A stretch of 64,000 bases of DNA. It comes from Candidatus Anderseniibacteriota bacterium (GTDB taxonomy: Bacteria > Patescibacteriota > JAUYIX01). Both the position numbers and the translations under genes were made by a program. Where the stretch lies: NCBI GenBank assembly GCA_046350855.1, contig JAXLZM010000001.1, positions 153,420-217,419 on the forward strand, written 5' to 3'. The notes below the pieces were generated by a model. That model ran no database searches. It worked only from the letters and a program-made list of their open reading frames with translations, and was not told the DNA's origin. The first letter of the stretch is position 1; every line of letters begins with the position of its first letter. Shown here piece after piece: positions 30,517 to 41,800 of the stretch.

Positions 30517-31604
30517 CGTTTGGCTCGGCTGAACCGTGCCGTGCCCAAGTGTCCGTGGTCAAACACGTCTCGTCCAAACTCAACCAGCGCAATGGTGAGC
30601 GGAACCGCCAAGAGCAACCCGATCACGCCGGCCAACTTAGCCCCAACCAGGAGCACCAGTACGATCACGACCGGGTTGAGCCCGATCGTCCGATGCAACA
30701 AGCGGGGTACGATCAAGTGTTGTTCAACCTGGTTAATGACGACGTAGAGCACCACCACTAAAATCGCTTTGACGGGACTGTCGGCAATGGCAAAAAAAGC
30801 CGCGGGTACCGTCGAGACGATCGGTCCTATAAACGGGATGAACTCCAAAATCCCCGCGAGCAAGGCCAAGACCAGAGCGTACTGAACTCCAATCAGGGTT
30901 AGGCCGATATAGACTAGGATGCCCACAAAGAGCGCTAGGACCAAGTAGCTGCGTAGCCAAGAGCCCAGCTTGAGCTGGATGCGCTGGATCAGATCGGTCG
31001 TGTACTCGCGATGCTTAGTCGGCACGATAAAATGGAAAAACTTTTTGATACCTTTTTCTTCGGCGGTTAGATAAAAGGTCAAGACTGCAATCGAGATCAC
31101 CGTAAAAATGCCACCAAAAAAGCTCGAGACGGTCGAGAAAATTCCGCCGGTCGTGTTACTGAGAGTCGTTCCGACGGAGCTAAAAAAGTCCCGGATGCTG
31201 TCGGTCAACTGCAAGTTACTGGCCGTATTTTTGAGCTCTTGCAAAAGGTTAATCCGTTCATCACTAAAGAGTTGCGGCACTTGGTGCGCCAAAGCGCTGA
31301 TCTGTTCTGCAATGGGCGGAATCAAGAGCGTGACGATCCCGGCAATCGCCCCAACGAGGAGCAAAAAGATCGCCAAGACACTGATGGCCCGTGGGATGCG
31401 ACGCTTTTGCAACCAGTCGACGATTGGGTCAATCGCCGAGGCTAAAATTAGCGAGAACAAAACGATCACGACGATATCCCGGATCAGCCACAAAAAACCG
31501 ACGATCAACAAAATCGCGACGGTCTTGACGATCGTGCCAGTCGTAATGTTGATCGTCTGGGGTTGCTGCGTGCTCGTAGCCACGCGCTTAGTGTAACGCG
31601 GCAC
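30513..31604 (-). CDS. AI-2E family (PerM-like) transporter
   Basis: 8-TM topology and AI-2E family length. Confidence 0.75.
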   Translation of the reverse strand: MPRYTKRVATSTQQPQTINITTGTIVKTVAILLIVGFLWLIRDIVVIVLFSLILASAIDPIVDWLQKRRIPRAISVLAIFLLLVGAIAGIVTLLIPPIAEQISALAHQVPQLFSDERINLLQELKNTASNLQLTDSIRDFFSSVGTTLSNTTGGIFSTVSSFFGGIFTVISIAVLTFYLTAEEKGIKKFFHFIVPTKHREYTTDLIQRIQLKLGSWLRSYLVLALFVGILVYIGLTLIGVQYALVLALLAGILEFIPFIGPIVSTVPAAFFAIADSPVKAILVVVLYVVINQVEQHLIVPRLLHRTIGLNPVVIVLVLLVGAKLAGVIGLLLAVPLTIALVEFGRDVFDHGHLGTARFSRAKR

Positions 31605-32912
31605 CTATGCCCTCGCAAAGGTCCGTAATAACCGTGTAAACGGCTTTTTATCCTTAAACGGCCCAATGACCGCCAACGTCAGCTTGCTCGGATCCATCAC
31701 CTCACGTGCGACCTCGCGGATTTCCTCACGCGTCACCGCGTTGATCTTGTCATGGATTTGTTTAAGCGACTCGATTTTGGGCCTAAAGAGTGCTTGCTGC
31801 GCGATGAGTTGCGCATAATTATCCGACTCCTCCAGCTCGAGCGCCAGCTGCCCAGTCAAGTAGGACTTGGCGCGTTTGAGTTCTTCTGCAGTAACAAGTT
31901 GCCGCTTGATCCGTTTGAACTCCTTGAGGATCGCCTCGATCGCGTGTAGGGCTTTAGCAGGATCGGTCCCGGCCCGGGCAAAAAAGGCGCCAAAATCCTC
32001 GTAGGTCGTGACCCCGGTGCGCACAGTGTAGGCCAACCCCATCTGCTCGCGAATAATTTCAAACAAGCGCGCACTCATCCCTGAGCCGAGTACACCGTGC
32101 AGTACTTCAAGCGCAGTCAGTTTGGGATGGGTGTATGAGTAAGCCGGAAAGCCTAAACAGAGCTGGGCTTGCTGGGTCGGCTTGGTCATTACAGCCACCT
32201 GTGGCTCTTTATAGTTGATACTGCAGGTATAAAACGGTAAGCGGCGCTGGGGTTTGAGCGAGCTAAAATATTTTTTAGTCATGGCAAACGCTTTTGCCGG
32301 TTGCACATTACCCGCCACAACTACCACCATATTTTTGGGGTGGTAGAACATGCGGGCGTAGCGTTTGAGTTCTGCCGAAGTCGTACCGAGAATAGAGTGT
32401 TTGAACCCAATAATCTCGCGCCCGAGCGCATTTTGGCCAAACAAGACCGACTCAAAGAGGTCGCTCATGTACAGCATTGGGTTGTCGAGATACATACGCA
32501 TCTCCTCGAGAATCACGGTGCGCTCGCGCTTGACCTGGGTCGGGACAAACTTGGAATGTAGGAGCATGTCGGCCAAGACGTCAAAGCTCTTGGGCAGATG
32601 CTCAGCCGCGGTTTTGACGTAGTAGCCGGTATGGTCCTTACTGGTAAAAGCATTGTACTCCGCGCCCAGACTGTCGAGCTCGCGCGTGATCTCTTTGGCG
32701 TCAGGCCGCTTGAGCGTGCCCTTAAAAAACATGTGCTCCAAAAAGTGCGAGATCCCGGCGATACGGTCGGTCTCGTAGCGCGAACCGACTTGGTACATGA
32801 TCAAAACGGTGACGGCACTAGTCCCCGCCTCGGGTACTGCAAAAAATCGGACACCGTTGGGGAGAGTATGAGAGACGACTTTGGGTTCTGACATAGAGGT
32901 CGATTGTAACAC
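31605..32912 (-). CDS. M16-family zinc peptidase
   Basis: Inverted zinc motif HFLEHMFFKGT. Confidence 0.85.
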   Translation of the reverse strand: MLQSTSMSEPKVVSHTLPNGVRFFAVPEAGTSAVTVLIMYQVGSRYETDRIAGISHFLEHMFFKGTLKRPDAKEITRELDSLGAEYNAFTSKDHTGYYVKTAAEHLPKSFDVLADMLLHSKFVPTQVKRERTVILEEMRMYLDNPMLYMSDLFESVLFGQNALGREIIGFKHSILGTTSAELKRYARMFYHPKNMVVVVAGNVQPAKAFAMTKKYFSSLKPQRRLPFYTCSINYKEPQVAVMTKPTQQAQLCLGFPAYSYTHPKLTALEVLHGVLGSGMSARLFEIIREQMGLAYTVRTGVTTYEDFGAFFARAGTDPAKALHAIEAILKEFKRIKRQLVTAEELKRAKSYLTGQLALELEESDNYAQLIAQQALFRPKIESLKQIHDKINAVTREEIREVAREVMDPSKLTLAVIGPFKDKKPFTRLLRTFARA

Positions 32913-32914
32913 GG

Positions 32915-33943
32915 TTAGAGTGCCCGCTCGACTTGTTTTGCGATTTTTTCAAAAAGCTCTTGGTTGATTTTGAGGAGATTGGCACGACGCACCTGGCCGT
33001 CCGGCGTTTTAAATTTATCGTGGAGCGCCAAATCGGCCAACAGCACACCCATCAGCCGCTCGAGCAGGGCAATCCAAAACATACGCTCGAGATTTGGTGT
33101 GGCAGCAAAATGTGGGCTGTGTTGACGATAGTGGTTCAACCAGTCACCAATTAATTCAAAAGCGTTGTCAGCTGTATCGGTCGAACCGTCCATCCGAATC
33201 AGACAGCCCCAAATGGCAAACACCGCGTCATACAGAGGCGGTCGCCAGGTCCAGTAGATGTTGGACATGAGCACAAATTGTTCACCCACCGGATAAACAT
33301 CATTGGCCGTGAGATGCCCATGACAAAAAACAAGCTCGATAGCTCTATAGGCTTTTTTAGCTAAGCGCGTAAAGTGCTCAAGCTGTCCCGCATATTCTTT
33401 TGGATCATTACCCTCTTTTGATTCGCGAATTGTACGCCAGCGCTCAAGCCGTTCTGTTCCAAACGCAACGACATCGCCGCTGGGCTTTGCAACCCAGGGC
33501 TTACGGATTGATGTGCGATACTCCTCATAAAATTGAGCAAATCGCGTGAGCTCTGCTTTGCTCGGCCACGGCATTTTTAAGATTGGTGCGGCGTCGATGT
33601 ACTCCATAATATGGTACCCGTAGCCACGCTCCGGCTCCCAGGGTTCGTGGGCATACAAGCGCGGGACGCGGACACGAGGATTTTTGTTTTGCCGGCTGAA
33701 CTGCCTAAACATCTCTACCTCGTCGACTCCAATTTTGAGACCTTGGAGTTTGAGTACGGCCGGCTTGCTTTGCCAAGTGCCAAGGAGGATTACACTCCCT
33801 AGTTTATGCGTATCAAAAATAACCCCGCGAAACAGCTCGCGCTTTACTACAAAACCGGTTTTGCCCAGTACTTTTTTGAGAACCTCTTTTTCGCGCTGAG
33901 CAAAGTCACCCGGAGTAAAGAAATTTTCAATGACCGGAGCCAT
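32915..33943 (-). CDS. APH/choline-kinase-like phosphotransferase
   Basis: FCHGHLTANDVY (HGDL-type catalytic loop). Confidence 0.55.
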   Translation of the reverse strand: MAPVIENFFTPGDFAQREKEVLKKVLGKTGFVVKRELFRGVIFDTHKLGSVILLGTWQSKPAVLKLQGLKIGVDEVEMFRQFSRQNKNPRVRVPRLYAHEPWEPERGYGYHIMEYIDAAPILKMPWPSKAELTRFAQFYEEYRTSIRKPWVAKPSGDVVAFGTERLERWRTIRESKEGNDPKEYAGQLEHFTRLAKKAYRAIELVFCHGHLTANDVYPVGEQFVLMSNIYWTWRPPLYDAVFAIWGCLIRMDGSTDTADNAFELIGDWLNHYRQHSPHFAATPNLERMFWIALLERLMGVLLADLALHDKFKTPDGQVRRANLLKINQELFEKIAKQVERAL

Positions 33944-33949
33944 TGGTCG

Positions 33950-35284
33950 TTACTGCGTGAGTAGTTTGCGCAGCTTACCCGCGAGCTCAGTTAGTTTGAC
34001 GCGCGTTTGCTTAGCCGTATCACGCTCGCGCCAGGTCACGGTCTCGTCTTTGAGGGTGTCAAAGTCGATTGTGATACCGACAGGCGTACCAATCTCGTCC
34101 TGGTAGTAGTAGCGCTTGCCAATGTTGCCGCGGTCGTCCCAGGTGACATGAAACTCTTTGCGCAGGCTCTCAAACACGTCGCGCGCTTTTTTGACGAGTT
34201 CGGGTTTGTTGCGCAGCAACGGAAAGACCGCCGCTTTATACGGTGCTACCGCGGGCTTGAGTGCCAAGTAGGCACGTTCACCCTCTTTTTTATAGGCCGA
34301 ACACAAGATCGCTAAAAAGGTCCGGTCGACACCCCAGGTCGGCTCGATGCAGTGCGGTAGATAGCGCTCGTTAGTCTCGGGATCGATGTAGCGGATATCC
34401 TGCCCCGACTTGTCCATGTGATTTGTGAGGTCAAAGTCGCCCCGGTAGGCCAACCCGTAGAGCTCCTTGCGCCCAAAGGGAAACTCAAACTCAAAATCGA
34501 TCGTTTTTTTGGAGTAGTGGGCACGCTCTTTGTCTGGCACGTCAAGTTGATGGACTTTTTTAGGATCGATACCGACAAACTCAATCCAGGCCAGCATCTC
34601 CGTGCGCCAGTGTTCAAAGACGGTTTGCCACTCTGTGTCGGATTTGGGTGGCTTAATAAAATACTCGATCTCCATCTGGGTGAACTCGCGGGTCCTAAAA
34701 ATAAAGTTGCCGGGTGTGATCTCGTTACGGAAAGCCTTACCGATCTGCGCGATCCCAAAGGGCAGTTTGACGCGACTCGAGTCCACAACCTGCTTAAAGT
34801 TGACAAACATTCCCTGCGCGGTCTCGGGTCGCAGGTAGGCCACATTAGCTTGCTCCTCGGACGGTCCGATAAACGTCTTGAACATCAAATTAAAGTGTCG
34901 TGGTTCGGTGTAGGTCCCCTTTTTGCCACAGTAGGCGCAGGCTTTTTTGAGATCGATTTGGTCGGCCCGGTAGCGTTCGTGGCAGTTTTTGCACTCGACT
35001 AGCTGGTCGGCAAAGCCCGCCAGGTGCCCGGAGGCTTGCCAAACTTTGGGGTTCATAATGATGGAACTCTCGAGACCAACCACGTCCTCGCGATCGCGCA
35101 CAAACCGCTTCCACCACAGCTCCTTGACGTTGCGCCGCAGCTCGATCCCGAGTGGACCGTAGTCCCAGGCGTTGGCCAGACCGCCATAAATCTCAGAGCC
35201 GGGATAGACAAAGCCGCGTCGCTTGGCGAGCGAGACGATCGTGTCGATACTGAGACTGTTAGCTCCGGTCGGCTTGTCGGGCAT
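33950..35284 (-). CDS. glyQS: Glycyl-tRNA synthetase (alpha2 dimeric type)
   Basis: Class II motifs; anticodon-binding C-terminus; 444 aa. Confidence 0.9.
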   Translation of the reverse strand: MPDKPTGANSLSIDTIVSLAKRRGFVYPGSEIYGGLANAWDYGPLGIELRRNVKELWWKRFVRDREDVVGLESSIIMNPKVWQASGHLAGFADQLVECKNCHERYRADQIDLKKACAYCGKKGTYTEPRHFNLMFKTFIGPSEEQANVAYLRPETAQGMFVNFKQVVDSSRVKLPFGIAQIGKAFRNEITPGNFIFRTREFTQMEIEYFIKPPKSDTEWQTVFEHWRTEMLAWIEFVGIDPKKVHQLDVPDKERAHYSKKTIDFEFEFPFGRKELYGLAYRGDFDLTNHMDKSGQDIRYIDPETNERYLPHCIEPTWGVDRTFLAILCSAYKKEGERAYLALKPAVAPYKAAVFPLLRNKPELVKKARDVFESLRKEFHVTWDDRGNIGKRYYYQDEIGTPVGITIDFDTLKDETVTWRERDTAKQTRVKLTELAGKLRKLLTQ

Positions 35285-35334
35285 AGCACTGAGCGTAACG
35301 GTTCAACCGCGCTCCTGCAAGGAGCTGAGGCAGG

Positions 35335-37113
35335 CTACTTAATCTTGGCTGACTGCACGTCGGGCACGGCCTCCTCGCGCTCTTCGTTGGTCCAGGTGTC
35401 GTGCGCGGTAAAGCTTTGGTTGGTGACGAGCAGCTTTTTGGTCTTGGACTCGTTGGCTTGCGGGATAATCTTGATCTGGAAGGTCGCACTGATCACAGGC
35501 GTGAGTTTGCCCACGTTGGCCGGGACTTTGCCGATGTTCCAGAGAATTTGGCCAGTGTTTTGGTTAAAGGTGAGGTCCTCGCCGGCCGAGACATGGCCCG
35601 AGCCTGCCACAAACTCTGCTCCCGGCGGAACCGTCCCGACCAGGCGGGCGCCCGAGAGCTCGTTGTACAAGTTGGTCAGGGTCCAAGTGACCTCGTAGAT
35701 GGTTTGCTGATTGACCGCGGGAGGATTGGCGCCCGAGACGATCTTAGCGCTGGCCCCTGGCGTAATCCCGGCGCGGTATTTGACCGTGATTGGATTGCCC
35801 TCGGTGCCAGCATTACCGATCTTGATGCGTGGGGTCGAGGTGGTTGAGAACTGTTTGTCCGCGGCATCGTCAACTTGGATTTCGAAAAAGGGTCGCACCT
35901 GGAAAGACACCTCGGCTTTTTGACGGGCGCCGAGAGTGCGGAGTTCTGGCACGGCCGTGCCGTCCCAGTGCAGTACGTTACCGGATTGCAAAGCACCTCC
36001 ATCGTTGATCACGAGCGTGCTCGGGTCCCAGGCACCGTCCGTAAAGTTCACCTCGAGAACCAAGTTAGATAACCCAGTCGAACCGGTATTCTCAAAGGCT
36101 ACCGTGTACTCAAGGCTCTCACTCCCGTCTACCGCGGCATCTTTTTGCTCGTTATTGAGCGTTTGCGTGACGGTTACAGCTGGCTGAGTCAGCTTGATAG
36201 CTTTTTCTACTTCGGTTTGCTTTAAGAAGTTGCCGTCCTGGTCGAGTACACCCGCCTCAAACACAAAGCGCTTGATCTCACCAGCTCCCCCGCCGAGCAC
36301 CCCTTCGATTTTAAAGGTGCGTTTTTCTCCCACGCCCAGGCTCTTGATGTCCCAGATGCGTTCTTCTGCATCCGCGATTGGGTCGCTGCTGGTAAAGTCA
36401 AAGCCACCAGGGTAGGTGGCACGGATCTGCAAGCCCGTCAGGGGCGCTGACTCGTTGTTCTCAAGCGTGGCACTCAGATTGATTTTGTTGTTGGGGAGTG
36501 CTGTGGCGGGCGCGTCAACAGCAAAGGCAAAGCCGGCCGTCTCGATTTTAGTGGTAAAGGTCGCCTCGACCTGCAAGATGTCGGTCGAACCCGGCATCGT
36601 AAACTGCAGACGCGCGATCAAGACCTGGTCGGATTTGACCCCACCCACCAGTCGACCATTGATCAAGACCTCCTTGCCGTCGCCCGGCTTGAGCGTGCCA
36701 AAAGAGAACTCCGTGCCAGGAGTGTTGTCGGCTTTGGGATCAGCACTGGTAAAGCTAAAACCCTCCGGGTAGATCACGAGGAGGCGGGCGTTCTCGAGCG
36801 GGTCGCTGGAGTTGTTGGCGAACGTAACCGTGTAGGTCACGTCGCTGCCTAGGGTGATTTGTTCTGGCCCGTCTACTGAGAGCTGCACCTGCGAGAGGAT
36901 GCCGCCGCCGCCATTGCGCTGGACGAGCAGGACGATAAAGACGATGAGGAGTACGACCCCGAGACCGATGCTGATAAACCACCAGCGGCGGCGGGACAAA
37001 ATGTCGAGGACGGTGGGCTTACTGCCTACGCGCGGGTAGGTTTTGGGACCGAGGGGTGTCTCGTCTGGCGCGTACTCACGCTTTTCTTTGTTAGCAAAGG
37101 GAAATAGTTTCAC
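35335..37113 (-). CDS. Membrane-anchored surface protein with four DUF11/CARDB-like repeat domains
   Basis: N-terminal TM; repeated Y-x-V-T-F-x-N-x-G/S modules. Confidence 0.7.
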   Translation of the reverse strand: MKLFPFANKEKREYAPDETPLGPKTYPRVGSKPTVLDILSRRRWWFISIGLGVVLLIVFIVLLVQRNGGGGILSQVQLSVDGPEQITLGSDVTYTVTFANNSSDPLENARLLVIYPEGFSFTSADPKADNTPGTEFSFGTLKPGDGKEVLINGRLVGGVKSDQVLIARLQFTMPGSTDILQVEATFTTKIETAGFAFAVDAPATALPNNKINLSATLENNESAPLTGLQIRATYPGGFDFTSSDPIADAEERIWDIKSLGVGEKRTFKIEGVLGGGAGEIKRFVFEAGVLDQDGNFLKQTEVEKAIKLTQPAVTVTQTLNNEQKDAAVDGSESLEYTVAFENTGSTGLSNLVLEVNFTDGAWDPSTLVINDGGALQSGNVLHWDGTAVPELRTLGARQKAEVSFQVRPFFEIQVDDAADKQFSTTSTPRIKIGNAGTEGNPITVKYRAGITPGASAKIVSGANPPAVNQQTIYEVTWTLTNLYNELSGARLVGTVPPGAEFVAGSGHVSAGEDLTFNQNTGQILWNIGKVPANVGKLTPVISATFQIKIIPQANESKTKKLLVTNQSFTAHDTWTNEEREEAVPDVQSAKIK

Positions 37114-37122
37114 GACACTACG

Positions 37123-37884
37123 TTATAGTTGGCTACTCTTAAGGGTGCGCTCGCTGGTCCACTCCACAAACGCTACGATCGGCCGAGTGAGTTCGCTACC
37201 AGCGGCTCCTTTTGAGAGTGTCTCTAGTGTATCAAGTTTTGCCCCGAGCAGCTTGCGCATGGTTCGTAGCGCCTCTTGGCGTAGAACAAACACGCCCGGC
37301 CCCGGCATTCCGCAGGTTGTATGGGCCACACCGCCACGAGCAGCACTTAGGTAGAACTCGGGTTCAGCCTGGAGCGGCTTACCGCAGGCGACGCACTGGG
37401 TCAGTTCGATACTGTACCCAAGCATGTGCAGAGCCTTGAGCATAAAGGCGGCCGAGAGGAGCTGGCGGTTGGTGGTGCGCAGCGGCTCGGCCTGGCTACC
37501 GGTCAGTTTGAACCGCGTGAGTGTCGCAATAATGAGCTCGTAAAAACGACTATCGCGCTGGTTGTCATCGAGGAGACTGGCCGTGATCTCGAGGATGTTA
37601 AAGAGATCTTTGAGTTCTGCTAGGTCAGCGGTGGGCGAGATAAACAGCTGTTGGGTCTCGGCCTGCGTAACGAGCGGGAGGCTGCGGCGTTCGACTAAAA
37701 AAAGATGGGACTCGCGGCCGGGCTCGAGGTGGGCAGCCATGCGGCTAGTGGTTCGACGCACGCCTTTGGCAACCACGCGCTGCTTGCCCATGGTGCGCGA
37801 AAAAATGGTGATGAGGCGGTCGGCCTCGCCGATGTCGCGGCGATTGAGCACGAGAGCGTCAACGGCAAAAGTGGCCATATCCAC
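37123..37884 (-). CDS. recO: DNA repair protein RecO
   Basis: OB-fold N-terminus; C4 zinc CVACGKP...HTTC. Confidence 0.8.
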   Translation of the reverse strand: MDMATFAVDALVLNRRDIGEADRLITIFSRTMGKQRVVAKGVRRTTSRMAAHLEPGRESHLFLVERRSLPLVTQAETQQLFISPTADLAELKDLFNILEITASLLDDNQRDSRFYELIIATLTRFKLTGSQAEPLRTTNRQLLSAAFMLKALHMLGYSIELTQCVACGKPLQAEPEFYLSAARGGVAHTTCGMPGPGVFVLRQEALRTMRKLLGAKLDTLETLSKGAAGSELTRPIVAFVEWTSERTLKSSQL

Positions 37885-37975
37885 AGTCTACACGGTTTAC
37901 CTGGCTATTTTTTTATCTTCTCTTAATGACCTTTTTTCTACGATAGTTTCAGCTATACTCGCCTAAACTAATTCC

Positions 37976-38434
37976 ATGTCCCCAATGACACCAAAAGTGA
38001 CGCTCGAGAGCGTCGGAGAAACACTTAAGAACATTGACCTCAGGATCGGTGCGCTCGATACAAAGATTGAGGCAGGTTTTTCTGAAATCAGAACCGACAT
38101 TTCCGGCCTCAAGACCGATGTTTCCGGCATCAAAATGGACATTTCCGGCCTTAAATTCGATGTTGCCGGCATCAAGGCACGAATGGCAACCAAAAAGGAT
38201 ATTGAAGAACTTGCCGCAATGACCGCCCGAGGTTTTGAGGATGTCGAAAACCGCCTGGTCGTGCGGCTCGACAAGATAGAGGTAAAGATTGGCAGTCTGG
38301 ATCAAAAGCTCGATACCATCAATGACGAAGTGCATGAACTTCGTGAAGAACTCAAACAAGCCGCGACAAAGAAGGAGCTCTGGGCGATAGAGCAGCGCAT
38401 TGTCGTCCTGGAGCGGAAAGTCGGGATCGCGTAG
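37976..38434 (+). CDS. Coiled-coil protein containing 8-residue tandem repeats (D-I/V-S-G-L/I-K-x-D)
   Basis: Heptad/octad periodicity; repeats ISGLKTDVSGIKMDISGLKFDVAGIKA. Confidence 0.55.
   Translation: MSPMTPKVTLESVGETLKNIDLRIGALDTKIEAGFSEIRTDISGLKTDVSGIKMDISGLKFDVAGIKARMATKKDIEELAAMTARGFEDVENRLVVRLDKIEVKIGSLDQKLDTINDEVHELREELKQAATKKELWAIEQRIVVLERKVGIA
38090..38185. repeat. Four tandem 24-bp coding repeats (consensus about ATTTCCGGCCTCAAGACCGATGTT)
   Basis: Direct repeats visible in the sequence; they produce mirrored spurious ORFs on the opposite strand. Confidence 0.7.
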
Positions 38435-38864
38435 GAGGCTTGTGACGCCTAAAGCACAACCAGAACGAGTGCGCGCAATAATCCTTGATACCGGCAGGTT
38501 GCTCACGATCAAGCGGCAAAGAAACGGTCAGACGTATTGGGTATTTCCTGGCGGAGGTGTGGAAGCAAAAGAGACTCACACACAAGCGCTTGAGCGCGAG
38601 GTTTTAGAAGAAACCGGGCTCAAATGTCGGGTGCAAGAGTTCATAACAAAAAACATTTATCACTCCAGCACCGGTCCTCAGCTCGTTTCCTTTTATCATG
38701 CGCGTGTGACGGGCGGCCAGATCGGAACCGGCACGGGTCCAGAATACACCGAGCCAAATCCTCTTGCCGGCACCTATACCGCAGAATGGCTCGTCGTCAG
38801 TGAACTTAAAAAGTATGATCTCCGGCCAAAAGAGGTCCGGGACATGATCATCGCGGAAAAATAG
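38400..38864 (+). CDS. NUDIX hydrolase
   Basis: Nudix box GGGVEAKETHTQALEREVLEETGL. The real start may be the GTG near 38442. Confidence 0.75.
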   Translation: MSSWSGKSGSRRRLVTPKAQPERVRAIILDTGRLLTIKRQRNGQTYWVFPGGGVEAKETHTQALEREVLEETGLKCRVQEFITKNIYHSSTGPQLVSFYHARVTGGQIGTGTGPEYTEPNPLAGTYTAEWLVVSELKKYDLRPKEVRDMIIAEK

Positions 38865-38865
38865 C

Positions 38866-41800
38866 TTAAGCGCGTTTGATACTGATCTCGGCTTTGTGAG
38901 ATTCAAATTCAAACTGCATGACGCGGCCCGATTCAGCCTTGCTTGTGACAACTTTTGTCGCGAGAGTCTCGGCTGCGAGCATGTTGCCAAAACGCTTGAG
39001 TCCCGTAGTCATTAGTTCGTCCGAACTCACAACGCCAAGCGTGATCCGATCACTAATATCGTAGCCGGCTTCCTTGCGTAGATCCTGCACGGCGCGAATG
39101 AGTTCACGGACCAAGCCTTCTTGCTCGAGCTCGGGCGTTAACTTTGTGTCGAGACCTACCAGGACATCTCGCTCGCCCGCAATAGCCAAACCTTTTTTGC
39201 CTTGGTAGGTAATCAGCACCTCATCCGATGAGAGCTTAGTCTCGCCCACCAGAACACCACTCGTGCTCGTCTTAAATGCGCCGCTCGCAAGATGCTTTGC
39301 GAGCTCTTTTACTTTTGCGCCATACTTTTTGCCGGCCACGGCAAAGTTGAGTTTGACCTGCGCCGTCCCAAGCTCCGTGGGATCTTTGACATACTCCAAC
39401 GCCTTGACGTTGATTTCGTCTTTGACCAATTCCTCACTGGTTGAACTGAGCGTTACTTTACCCGGCAGCGCAACCACAAGCCGTGCGAGCGGTTGGCGCA
39501 CACGGACCTTGGCATCCTGCCGCGCGGCGCGCGCGAGCGAGGCAAGTTGCTGTGCCAAACGCATCTCTGTGAGCAATTTTTTATCCGCTGCGTTTATTTT
39601 GCCGGCTTTTGGCCATTCCGCCAGATGAACCGACTCGGCTCCGGTCAGGTTGCGGTAGAGTTCCTCAGCCACAAATGGCGTGAGCGGCGCAAGCAACTGC
39701 GAGAGTCGGACCAACACATAATAGAGCGTTGCCTCTGCGGCTTTTTTGTCGTCGTCGTTCTCGGACTTCCAATAGCGACGACGGCCGCGGCGCACGTACC
39801 AGTTTGAGAGACCTTCGACAAACTGTTCGACGCGGGCAACCGCTGGCGTGACATCAAAGTCCTCCAGCCGATCCTTCACGACGGCGAGGGTGTCGTTGAG
39901 TTCTGCCAAGATCCAGCGATCAAGAACATGTTTTGATTTAGGTGCGATCAATTTGCCGGCCTTAGCCAAACCCGGTTCAAACTTGTCGATATTGGCGTAC
40001 GTCACAAAAAAGCTATAGGTATTCCAGAGCGGGCGGAGTAAGGCCCCCGTCGCATCGGTCACGACCGACTCTCCAAAACGCTTGGGCAACCACGGATCGG
40101 TCCGGAACATGCTCCAACGCACCGCATCCGCGCCAAATTTTTCAAATAGCGGCAGCGGCTCGATGACATTGCCCTCGGACTTGCTCATTTTGCGACCATG
40201 TTCATCCAAAATATGGTTGGTGCAGATCACATTTTTAAAGCTGCTCTTGCCGGTCACCATCACCGACGTTGCCAGCAGCACATAAAACCAGCCGCGGGTC
40301 TGGTCGATCGCCTCACAAATAAAATCAGCTGGGTACTGCGACTTATAGATCGCGCGCGACTCGGGCTTGTGCGGATAGCCCCACTGGCCCCAGGGCATAT
40401 TGCCGGCATTAAACCAGCAGTCCAACACGTCCGGCTCGCGCACCGCCTCGTCGTCACACTCGGCGCACTTAAGCTTAACCGTATCGATAAAGGGTTTGTG
40501 CAAATCGATTTTGTCGTCCGGCGGCAGCTCGGTCGTGGTGAGTCGGCGCAGCTCCTCAAGATTTTCGACCACGGTCAGGTGTTCTTTTTTGCAAATCCAA
40601 ACCGGCAAGGGCGAACCCCAATAGCGCGCCCGCGAGACGGCCCAATCCACGTTGTCCTCGAGCCACTTTCCAAAGCGCCCGTCCTTAATGTGTTCCGGCT
40701 GCCAATTAATTTTTTGGTTAGCCTTGATCATCTTGTCTTTAAAGGCCGTCGTCCGGATGAACCAACTCGACTGCGCGTTGTAAATTAGGGGTGTCTTACA
40801 GCGCCAACAAAATGGATAGCTGTGGGTGTACGGCAACGCTTTGAACAACGTCCCCTGCTCCTTGAGGTCACGCACGACTTCTTTGTCGACTTCTTTAAAG
40901 TTTTTGCCCGACCACTTGGTCACCTCTTTTTTGAGTGAACCATCCCAGTCGACATGCTGGATCAAGGGCAATTTGTATTTTTTGATCACTTTGTAGTCGT
41001 CTTCGCCGTAGGCGGCCATATGGACCAAGCCCGAACCGTCTTCCGTCGTGACAAACTCTTCCGCAACTACGTAAAAGGCTTTTTCTTTGGGCTTAAAAAA
41101 GTTGTAGGGCGGCTCGTAGGACTTGCCCTCGAGCGCGTGTCCATCAAACTCATCTTCGATCTCATAGGTCCCTTCACCTAACACTTTGTCGGCCAGCGCC
41201 TTAGCCACGATTAAGCGCTCATCGACTCCCGGACGAGCATTCTTCTTTGGTCGCACGCGCACGTACTTAATCTCCGGCCCAACCGCGACCGCCACGTTGG
41301 CGATCAAGGTCCACGGCGTGGTGGTCCAGATGACCAAAGACGTATTGGCTTCATCCTGCAAAGCAAATTTTACAAAGACGGACGTATCGGTGACCTCTTG
41401 ATAGCCTTGCGCCACCTCGTGACTCGAGAGACCCGTCCCGCAACGCGAACAATACGGCAGGACCTTAAAATCCTTATAGAGCAACCCCTTGGCGTGCGCC
41501 TGCTTGATCACCCACCAGTCGGTCTGAATGTAGTCGTTGGTCAAGGTCGCATACGCATCGCTCGTATCCAAAAAACGGCCGATGCGCTTGATCGATTTTT
41601 CCCACTCGCGCACGTAGCGAAAAACCGTATCGCGGCAGTACATGATGTACTTAGCCATGCCGTAGTTATGAATGTCACGTTTGCCGTCGAGACCGAGCTC
41701 TTTCTCGGCCTGCAACTCAACGGGCAATCCATGGGTGTCCCACCCGGCCTTACGCAACACCCGGTAGCCCTGCATGGTCTTAAAGCGCGGCCACACATCT

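Noticed and set aside
37949-38512. Minus-strand ORF mirroring the coiled-coil gene, and 37963..38274
   Set aside because: Created by the 24-bp tandem repeat. The plus-strand product has coherent coiled-coil periodicity; the minus-strand product does not.
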